This document shows, piece after piece, positions 50,450 through 60,759 of a stretch of 64,000 nucleotides of DNA. The notes beneath the pieces were generated by a model that saw only the letters and a list, made by a program, of their open reading frames with translations, was not told where the DNA came from and did not search any database. Positions within the stretch are counted from its first letter, which is position 1; each line of letters starts with the position of its first letter. Origin of the DNA: Utricularia gibba (Eukaryota; Plantae; Magnoliophyta); contig NEEC01000012.1 of the NCBI GenBank assembly GCA_002189035.1, positions 1,302,001 to 1,366,000 on the forward strand, written 5' to 3'. The position numbers and the translations under genes were made by a program.

Positions 50450-50604
50450 TTTAGCAACCCATTCCAACGTTCATCAGCAACCAAACATGGGTTTATGGTC
50501 AACAGGCGGGTTTATTTTTACCCGCCTGAAACCCATGAACCAAACATGGGTTTATGTCTAAACCCACGCCGCAACCCACCTAAACCTAGCAACCAAACGC
50601 GTCC
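50450..50604. mobile_element. Tourist-like MITE fragment
   Basis: Internal repeat AACCAAACATGGGTTTATG x2; end CAACCAAACGCGTCC followed by TAA. Confidence 0.55.
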
Positions 50605-50620
50605 TAAGTGTTTCAGTTTT

Positions 50621-51400
50621 CTAAATTGTCCTTGGGACAGATTGCACCTCATTTTTAAATGTGCAGAAATTGAATCCCACCACCTCCACATTGTGCAACT
50701 CAATAATAGTTCTCGTCCAAGCTTCATCAATTAAAGTGTCAAAGAGTTGCAATTCCCTAAGCAAACTTGGAAGGGGGGATCCATCCCGTGCACCGCTAAT
50801 GCTTATGAACTTCATATTTGGAAATTGGACTGACCTTTTGGGTATAGGAGACACTCCACTGAACCAATACTTACTTTTTTCTAAGAGGAAAAAGTGCTCT
50901 CGTTGTCGGTCTTTGTGAAATCCATTTAGATACTTGATTACATATTTGTAACTACGCCATGTCATGTGACATAGTCGTGTACAGATCATCATTTCAAGCA
51001 ATGGAAACTCTTCGTCTTCCAATCCTTCTCTACATAAAAGCATAGAAGGTCTACAAATCTTCCAAACTCTCTTTGACCAATCAAACCACATCCTTCCATC
51101 CATCTCTACATAAAAGTTCTTATCCCCCAAACTCCGCTTCTTCTCCAATATTCCCATTGGACAGCAGACTCTCCACAACCATCCAATCTGATTGATTGCA
51201 AGAATGAATGATGACAAATATAAAAGGATGCATAACGAACATTGTGTAGCCAAAGCCTTTCTAATCGAGGGCAATCAATAAGCCGATGATTTATGTCTAG
51301 ACAAAATTGAGAGAGTAGTTTGCAGGAGACGACCAAATTCGCAAAATACATGCCAGAACCAAACACGAACAATCCCGTTCGTGTGTAATGCACGCTTTCA
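50621..51400 (-). pseudogene. F-box/LRR(FBD)-like gene remnant, copy 3
   Basis: IDCPRLERLWLHNVRYAS...LQSIRLDG / frameshift near 51155 / ILEKKRSLGDKNFYVEMDGRMW aligns residue by residue with copy 2. Confidence 0.6.
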
Positions 51401-51750
51401 TCCCCGCACGCTATGTGCGCAAGCTGCCTGTACCGTCTCTTGTTCGAATGTCTTAGGCGCATGCTGCCCTTGTCACACGCACGTGGGTGCATGCTCCTCC
51501 GTTTGCCCGCTAACCTCGTTCATGCATGCTGCATGCGCACTACCCTTACCGCATGCACGCCTACTCTACCCACCAATGCTACTCGCATGATGCCTCGTTT
51601 GCGTGCTGTCTATGCACGCCCCAAGCCAGCCTTGCTCGCCAATGCTACTTGCACAATGCTTCATCTGTGTGCACCAGCCTTGCTTGCCAGTGCTGCTCGC
51701 ACTACGTCTCGCCCGCATGCTGCCCACGCGCACCAGCCTTGTTCACTGTA
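51380..51750. repeat. GC-rich degenerate tandem repeats (~45-60-bp units)
   Basis: Recurrent CCAGCCTTG, CCAATGCTACT(C/T)GCA and TGCACGC cores. Confidence 0.6.
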
Positions 51751-51759
51751 GTGCCCAAT

Positions 51760-52042
51760 AGCCTCTCTCACCACATGCGACTCCTTTCGTACTTCCTTCA
51801 GACATCCCTCAATCAATAGCCCCATTTCATCCCAAATGCACAAAGAACAAGTTGAGTTTGAGAAAAATGTTGGTATCTTTTTCTGGGATCGCCATAGGGG
51901 GTTGGGTTGAGTTAAACCGAAGAAGTTTAGAAAAGTAGTGTATCGTTTAAACCAAAATTTAAATTGACCCTCTCTACCAAACATGAACATTATTAAATCA
52001 AATCCGGTAAAATCAGGCTAAACACCTCTGCCAAACAGCCCC
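51760..52042. mobile_element. Tourist/PIF-type element end
   Basis: Terminal CCAAACAGCCCC followed by TTA (52043-52045). Confidence 0.5.
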
Positions 52043-52140
52043 TTAGTAGTTCCAATCCCCATCATGTTCCTTGGATTATTTACAAGTGGGATTCAAATTC
52101 TTATTTTTGCAACTTTAGCCGTGGTTTGTCCATGGATTAA
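52043..52140 (+). pseudogene. atpI: Plastid atpI 3' fragment (NUPT copy 2)
   Basis: TTAGTAGTTCCAATCCCCATCATGTTCCTTGGATTATTTACAAGTGGGATTCAA..CTTATTTTTGCAACTTTAGCCG; followed by the atpI-atpH spacer homologous to 11240-12280. Confidence 0.88.
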
Positions 52141-53085
52141 GATGATTTTCTTATGGAATACAAATGGACAAAGCTCTATATACATTAGAAATACAATAGA
52201 AAGAAATAGGAACAAAAACAATATTAGAGGAGATTGGATATAAAAAACCAAGAGGAAAAATATATAAAAAATCTTTTTTCCTAAAGTTATCTTTTTGTCC
52301 TTTCAGCTTATTTTTCTCGACGGATATTCACTATTTTAGGTGTGTATGACAATCTTTTTATTCAAATTAAAATTTCAATAAGATATATGTTTACGACATG
52401 TGATTAAATGAAAAACAGTATAAAAAATTTGACTTGATTTACAGTGTATTTTATTCAACAATTGGACAAAGGGAGCTATTAATAATGATACTTCTTTGTA
52501 AAAATTTGCACTAATAACTTTATTTACCCATTTACATTATATTTGATACGTAAAATCTTTATAATTATATGTATAAGGTAGAAAAAAGATATAAAAAATG
52601 GGATTCCTAAAAAATGGATTGGCTCTTGAATATGATTGAATCTAATGGTTTACGTGATGGAAGAACGGCGTGTGTATATTAGATAGTGACTACTTATATA
52701 TGTATATGTACTAAAAATATATGTTTATATAAAATAAATAGATGGCATTTTTTTTAATATTCCATGCCGGTTCCAATAGAAGTCTTATCGTATCCTTGTG
52801 ATTGTGAATTGGCTGCATAAACAGATGACCTAAAGAACAGATGAAAAAATTGAAATAACAGTTTAGAAATATAAGAAAGAAAGTGCTAGGACTTTACAAA
52901 TGCTCTATGTATCTAAAAGGAACTAAAAAAGCTATTGAAATAGTTCTGATGATTCAATAATAATATTACTTCAGTTCAAGTTACTTGGCCTGGATGAATC
53001 TTCTTTATCGAATAATTAAATAAAAAATTGATTGCTTGATTTTATGATTAACCATTTCTTTTATTTTTGTTGGTATGAGGAACTT

Positions 53086-53256
53086 ATGATGAACCCACTG
53101 ATTTCCTTTGCTTCCGTTATTGCTGTTGGATTGGCTGTAGGCTTGCTTCTGTTGGCCCTAGAGTTGGCCATCTGGATTGCTTAGTCTTGCTTTTGTGGAA
53201 GCTTTCATGGATTGGCTGTAGAATTAGCACTTTTATTTGCTAATCCATTTATTTAA
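53086..53256 (+). pseudogene. atpH: Plastid atpH pseudogene (NUPT copy 2)
   Basis: ATGAACCCACTGATTTCC...GCTTCCGTTATTGCTG.TGGATTGGCTGTAGG; central ~70 nt deleted. Confidence 0.88.
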
Positions 53257-53439
53257 CTGTCTTATTTCCTTGTACCTGTCGTTTGCCTTTTAAAATTAGC
53301 TAAAGATTTAACTCCTACAATTCCTTTTTTTTTGTTAAAAAATAACCGAAACTACCGGGAAGGGCTGATTCCCGGATTTCATCCTTCCCATTCGTAGTCC
53401 ATTGGGAATTCTTTTTATGAGGTGTTGCAACAAATCAAG

Positions 53440-53765
53440 GTGGAGTTCATAATTTTTTATGGAAAGGGATTGTGTGCGAGTTGTTTATTTCAAGAATAGG
53501 CTGGAGCCCGGATCCAACCGGCTGTACACTTTATGCCCTAAATAGAAAAGAAAGGTGCATGATCGCGCCAATTACTTATGAATGAAACAATAAAAGGACG
53601 CTACAACTATTCCTAAATAAGCTCTACTGACCGAAGAAATTGCATTCTGAAAAAATTCATATAAATCTGGTGAATCTTGTGGTTTGATGTTAAAGGTATC
53701 CATTTGGATAGAGATATCAAGCGAAAATCCTTTTTGAATAACATTAAAAGGGATTCCTAAAAATC
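53440..53765 (+). pseudogene. atpF: Plastid atpF exon-1 end and intron 5' part (NUPT copy 2)
   Basis: GGAAAGGGATTGT|GTGCGAGTTG at 53474; homologous to 12660-12955. Confidence 0.8.
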
Positions 53766-54049
53766 CAACAAACAAGGTGAATAGTGTTGAAGAAGAGAAC
53801 CATGGGAGACATAAGGAAGGAAGGTGAAATTAGGTGCCGAGGAATGAGACAATAAAGTTTTCTTCTGAAACATGTTGAATTGGAAGATAATCTGAGTTGT
53901 TCTACTCATGCCAAGTGAAATCAAATATAAATGCAACAGGTTACTTAATAGTTTGGTCAACACACCTATGGATATCACTTGTCAAGATTCATCATAACAA
54001 TCCAACCATCATTTAGGAGCCATAACTATTTGCTCTATTTATACATTAT

Positions 54050-54440
54050 CTTGTAATCATTTTAGATAAGGTGAAAAGTTGCTTTTTAATTAAATTAGGC
54101 ACCTAAGCATCACACTACCTGTAGACCCTTAAGGTATCTTTGTGTTATTCTGAGTTAGAATCAGTATCTGTTACTTTAGCATTAAGACCTGATATTGTTT
54201 ACTGATCTTGTTTACCAAACTTGTTTACCACTGTTGGTCCGAGCTTAGACTAAGATTTACTGTTATTTCGAATTATGCATTTACAAAAACACTTAGCAAG
54301 CACAAGCTCTTCGTGATCGACCCCGACATCTACTATACAAGTTTTCTAAATTTGTATTGTGTGTAGATTAAGGACTATAAATTTATTTAATACGGAAGTT
54401 TGTTTTTATTGCAACGATATGCTAAAATTTTCGTTTTACA
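54050..54440 (+). mobile_element. Partial Athila-like LTR (3' part)
   Basis: Close reverse-complement match to 55274-55620. Confidence 0.8.
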
Positions 54441-55273
54441 GACGTGTGGCTATAAAATGTCATCTCCAATACCCTTTACAATGTGTGATGTGATCGTGGA
54501 GAAGAGTTGGTAAAATTCTATCTTAGAGTACGAAGGAGATAATATTCTGCTACAAATAAGCTCTATTGATAGCTTTATGTTGTAGATTATTAATCTATTT
54601 AATACTTGGAGTGTTGTACTTTTGCTAAAAACTCATAGTAAATTTCATTTTTTGGAGTTTCCAAACCCAGGAGGTTTCTCAGATTTTAGGTTTTACTTGG
54701 TAAATCTTGCTCTTGTTTTTTTTTAATTTACTAAGACGTCTTTGGGGGGCATTACGTCAACCACTTTAGACATACGTTGGGCATTTACAATCAAAATTGG
54801 GGGTCTTTATTCATTTCCATATTTCCAACACTCCACCCATCATACTGATGAGACCCCTTCTTCACCAAAAGGGCAAGAATCATATCTTCCTCTTCAACAA
54901 ATGATAGAATACCAAAAGTGGCATACCTCTGATCGTCTTCAGTGCAGTTGGAATATGGGGACTATTTTTTATGAGTGCTGGCTACGTATTATCGGATGTG
55001 AAACCTCAATAGCTGTATGGATTGCTCTTAAAGATGTCTATGCCTAAAAATCAGAGGAATGTAGCTATGTCTTGTGTTATCAACTCACTCAATGTCTGAA
55101 AAAATTCGATCAACCTCTGGATGGATATATACTCAATTTAAATTTCTATGTGACAGTCCTGCCGCTATTGGTAATATCATTCTCGATGATTAGAAGGTGT
55201 ATTACCTTCTTAATAGTCTTGGCTTAGGTTATGATGTGTTCTAAAGAACAATGTTGAAGGAGCCATGTCCTAG

Positions 55274-56657
55274 TGATAAACGGAAATTTCCTAATGTCGT
55301 TGCAAAAATAGAAATTCTGATATCAAATAAATTTATAAGTCCTAATCTACACAAAATACAAATTTAGAAAACTTGTATAGTGGATGTCGGGGTCGATCAC
55401 AAGGAACTTGTGTTTGCTAAGTGTTTTAGTAAATGCATAATTCGGAATAACAGTAGATCTTAGTCTAAGCTCGGACTACAGCGGCAAGTAAGTTCAGTAA
55501 ACGAAATCAGGTTTCAATGTGAAAGGTAACAAGTACTGGTTCTAACTAAAAGTAATACGAAGATGCCTTAAGGGTCTACAGGTGGTATGGTGCCAAAATC
55601 TCTAATTTAATCTACCATGTTTTTGCACTCACAACTTCAAATAACCTAAGTCTACCCAGGTTATTCATCATATTTTTAACTAAGCTAGTTCCTCATATCA
55701 TTACTAACATTGCAACTAGGTCTACCCATATGCAAAGCATATAGAACTAGGTTTACCCGATTCTATTGGTTCTACCCCGGACTAACACCTACTTCTCTTG
55801 TCTTGATTTGTTGGTCTACTTCTAAATCAAGCATATAAATTGTGATGCTACTTGCTCCCCTCTTTAGGTTTACCCATGGATTGATAGAAACAAAAGCTAA
55901 GAAACAATGATGAATTTCATTAAGAATCCTAGATCCAACCATTATGCTTTATCTTAAGTCATCGCTAGGGCTTAGCTACTCATAATTTGAAGGTAAAACA
56001 TGATAACATTAACATAAAACAATGAAAATTTCAAGAACATCGTGAAAGAGTTGGTGGCAGAAACTGAAAACATCATCAAACGAAAATAAAGTAGAAAGAG
56101 TTCTGGTTTCCGTTTGCTACTGTTCTCGGGCGAGAACAGTAGCGCTGGACTAGGCTCTTATGCTGTTCTTGAGGATGAAGTTCTTCTTCTCCTCTTCTGG
56201 TTCAGTGCTCGTCGTCTTGGAGGAGAAGCCCCCTCATGCACTCCTTGTTCGCTACGCCTTCTCCCCACTCTAAAGATATCTTCACATCTTTTTTTTTTCC
56301 ATTTTTCAAAGTTAGTACACTGTTCCTGACATTTTTACTATTCCTGGTCTGAACCTGCAGACTGTGGACAGTAGAACAATGCATTATATCTTCTCTTTTA
56401 ATGCTGTCCATTCTTCCAAATCTCTACATGCACGAAATCTTGTCTCTTCCTTGATTTTAGAACTTTGGTGCTAGACTAGAAAAAAATGTTAATAACATGG
56501 AATGGGCTAAATCAAAGGATTTAGCCCATTAACACATAAAATCACATTATTTCTTACAATTTGGTAAAAATACTAAAAACTATGAGATAAACACTTAAAA
56601 CATGATTCAAAAGCATAATTTTCTTATTCTAATAATAGGAAAATTTGTGTGTTATCA
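55274..56657 (-). mobile_element. Solo LTR (Athila-like) nested in C7 gag
   Basis: TGATAAACGG...GTGTGTTATCA with perfect TSD CCTAG (55269-55273, 56658-56662). Confidence 0.9.
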
Positions 56658-58111
56658 CCTAGCTACCTGATCTCATTCCTCAACTATAGAGTTTTGAGAT
56701 GGGAAAAAAAAGTAATGATGATATTGAAAAGCAATATGCTGCTGTCCGCTCTACATTGGTGTACCTTACTCAACATGATGTCACTTCCCACATTCCAAGG
56801 TTCATATCTGATGGTCGCAGCTTCCAAGCTCAATGTCGACAGCCTAACACCCAACAACTCACTTCAACAACACAAGCCATATCCCAAACTCTCAACAGCA
56901 ACTTACTGGTGGCGGTTGGCAAGGATGAGTACCACCACCCCCACGAGGCAAACGTCGGAGGACTCCAACAGAATGAGACTTGTATAAAAATGAGGTATGT
57001 CAAATTTGTGATGTTTCAGGACACATTGCAAAATTTTTTTGGCATCTTCCAGATCCTAAAGTAGGGCAAGATGATGTTCCTAAAGCTTTAGCTTCTCTTA
57101 CCATTGATAATTCAATCACCGATATTGATTGAGCTGCCCACAAGGGAGCCACAAGTTACATGGTAGGTACATGTGTGTGTTTGATGAATTGCACTCTTAT
57201 AGAGATGATGATAATGTCCTTGTTGATGATGGATCCTCCCTACGGATAAATGGTATTGGCACATCCACATTAAAATTGAATAATAGCTCTTTATCCCTAG
57301 ATAATGTTCTATATGTTTCTAAATTGACCAAAATCTTCTTTCTGTGTCACAGTTGACGTCTCAGAAACCTGTAAGTTGTAAATTCATTGGCACTGCTTTG
57401 CTTATAAAGAATCGTCAAATGGGAATGCATCGGGCAATGGGACAATGTATAGGGGGCTTATATGTGCTTAAGTAAACCCTGGAAGCCTTGTTTTCTTAAC
57501 GTTTCAAGTCATATCCTCTTGAGATTTGGCATCAACACCTTGGACACCCACAGGACTTGTTTTCTTAACGTTTCTATTATTATGCATGCTTAGTTTGATG
57601 ATTTTTCCTGATTTGTACGGTTCTTTCCTCTACAAAAAAAAAAGTGGTTTTCCACAACATTTCTCCATTTTGAAAGTTATGTAGAAAGAAAAATTGACCA
57701 AAAAAATCAAATTCTTCAAACTGATAATAGGGGTGAATTTGTTAATTCTTCTCTCAAATCTCATTTTTTGAAGACATGTATAACACATCATTTTTCTAAT
57801 CCTTAATGCATGAACAAAAGGGAATGATGGAGAGATGACATTGTAGGATTCGAGGACATGGAATGACAATGGTGTTACAAAGTGGGCTGCCTCAATGTAC
57901 GTTGAAGCTTTCAATGCCACCATGTAGCTACAAAATCGTCTACCATTTGCTTCACTCAAAACAGAGTCACCTTATTATATTCTCTTTAATACGCATCCTG
58001 ATTATTCTGGTTTTCCTATTTTTGGATCCAAGTGCTTTCCTTATTTGTGGCATACGAAACATCATAAATTTTCACTCAAAACCTCTTTGTGTGTTTTTGT
58101 AGGATAGAATG

Positions 58112-58648
58112 TGATGGGGGATAAAGTTGGCCAAGGTTAACCGACTTCTGAAAAGCTGCCAAAAGGCACTGTGAGGGGATAATGCTAGTCGACAGACTGA
58201 TATCTGTCAGAAGTCTGATAGATGTGGCCGGATGATACAGTCTGAAAAGCGGCTGAATTACGGGAGAATAGGCGGCCGATATCTGAAAAGCGAAATCGCA
58301 TAGCAGGCATAAAAGTAGCCAACATCCGCAAAATTGGGGATTCGGCCAGATCGATCTCTTCTATAAATAGAAGGAACTATAACGAAAGGTGGGTTGCGTC
58401 CTGAGAACTCTTCAGCTTGTATCATCTTCTTGGTTGCCTCCTTCTAGTAAAGAGTTTCTCCGGCGAGCTCCGATAGCTCCGTGGTTTTTCCGTCATCCGG
58501 CGGTTTCCACGTAAAAAATCTTAGCCCACTATTGTTTCAATTGATTAGGCCGAACCGACCACGAAAAACACAACTAAGCACGATATTCCCGACCTCATCC
58601 ATCACCCTAAAATCGATCTCATCTCGGATGCCGATTTTACCCATAACA
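58112..58648 (+). mobile_element. Solo LTR, ~515-bp family (copy 3) nested in C7 integrase
   Basis: TGATGGGGG...CATAACA; splits the copia GY..SHKGYRC motif; eroded TSD GAATG/CATTG. Confidence 0.82.
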
Positions 58649-60759
58649 CATTGCTAGTCACAAAGGGTACCGATGCTATGATAACATTGACCAAAAAAAT
58701 TCAGATATCCCATCATGTGATCTTTGATGAAAAATCATTTCCATTTCGATCTAGTGGTTTAGATCAACCCTCTCATGATGTTGTTGTTAAGATATTTGAT
58801 CTCTGGACCCGGGATACTCCAAGTGGTCAAGATGCACATTTAAGATGAAGTATCAACGTGGTCAAACCATGATGTGGCTCTCTCACTGCCTTTTGATGGC
58901 GTAGCAAATCATTCTACCTCTAGCAACTTTAGTCTTCAATCACTCTCACCCGAAGATGTTGCAGGAGAAACACCTGAAGATGTTGCAATGGAAGCTTGCA
59001 ATTCAACATCCCAAATAATACCAGCCTTGGCCACAACAGTCCCAATGGAAATAGAGAATATTAATGGCTCTAATTTGGACCTTGCGGAAAATCCCATTAT
59101 TACCGTGAACCCAACTTCGATGGAGGAGGATGAGCACTGTCATCCCAAACTAAGAATCTGCCTGGACATTGCTACGTGCAACGATGAGATTGATGCAATC
59201 TTTCACTAGACTTTGGTAATCAATGAGAACATCGATGTTGCAGTCGACGAGACTTTCAATGATGATAAGCCTATAGCAAATTCAACTATACCTGAAAATT
59301 CCCAAGACCTGAACCACATCCTGAGCCAGTATGGTTTAGAGCACTCACTAATTGTCGTTCCTCAAGTACAATTAATTCATGGGATGAAGACCAGGTCACA
59401 GAGTGGTGTGTTTAAACCCAATCCGAAGTATGCCCTTCAAGTAATTTAGAATCTCTCTATTCCATCCGAACCCAGGACTGTTAGAGAAGTGCTTCAACAT
59501 CTCGAGTGAAAGGCAGCAATGATTGATGAACTTGATGCATTACACAAAGACGAGACTTGGACATTGGTGCCACAAAATGATTCAAACCTTACAATTGGCT
59601 GTAATTGGGTGTTCAAAGCTAAATTTAAGTTAGATGGTACACTATACGGAAAATGCACCATTAGACTCATTGTTTCTAATCAAGTTGACAGTGTGGATTA
59701 TACGGAAAGATTAGACCAGGTACCATTAGACTCATCATTTCTATCGCAATCAGCCGCAATCGGGAGATACTACAACTTGGACGTCAAAAATGCCTTTTTA
59801 CATAGAAAAATTTCTCAAAATATTTACATGTAGACCATCAGGTATAAAAGATACTCAATTTACCTTCCATGTGTGCAAACTTTTTAGGGCTTTGTATGGA
59901 TTGAAGAAGGCTCCAAGAACATGGTTTGATCGATTTAGTTCATTTTTACTTTATATTTGCTTTTTTTGCATTCTTGTAGATTCCTCCTTATTTGTCTCAC
60001 ATATACCTAATGATACATTGATATTACTGCTATATGTGTGATTTGTTCGTTGATAGAGCTGATATCAGAATTAATTGAGAGATTATCCTCTGAATTTCCA
60101 TGAAAGATCTCAGAATTTTACATCATTTTCTTGGTGTTCAAGTGATGCATAGTTCAGATGGAATTCATCTCTCCTAAGTTCACTATGCATTATTCATTTT
60201 GAACGGGTTTGGACTACGAGATTGTAGACCCACAACAACTCCCCAAGTGGAGAGGGTTAAAATCACACAAGATGCTGAAATTCTTATTGATCCTACTCCC
60301 TATAGGGCCCTTGTTTGAGTACTTAAATATCTCACATTTACACGGCTAGACATCGCCTATAGTGTAAATTATATGTAACAATTTATAGTGTGACAACATC
60401 AGTGCATGACATCTGACTGTGAATCCAGTCCCACACTCTTAAAGTAAGCATGTTGAAATAGATTATTACTTTATACGAGAAAGAGTAGCATTGGATTATC
60501 TAAAAACTCAGCATGTTTCAATGCAATATCAAGTAGTAGACCTCTTCAGCAAGAGGATGCCAGCTGAAAGACAACATTATCTTAGAACCAAACTTCGCCT
60601 CCATTGCTGGCCAAGTTTTAAAGGAAGAAGGTTGTGGAAGAGGTGGGGAATCTGAACAGCAAGATGAACGAAGGAGACTTGGATCACTAGTGTTTGTGAT
60701 AATGAAAAGTGTACAAAAGTTGCAAATAAATAGGTATACAAAGATGCTTAATAACTTGA

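Noticed and set aside
51106-51990. Cluster of 69-128-aa ORFs on both strands
   Set aside because: Products of the GC-rich degenerate repeat; only the part of 51106-51400 that matches the LRR-like family is retained.
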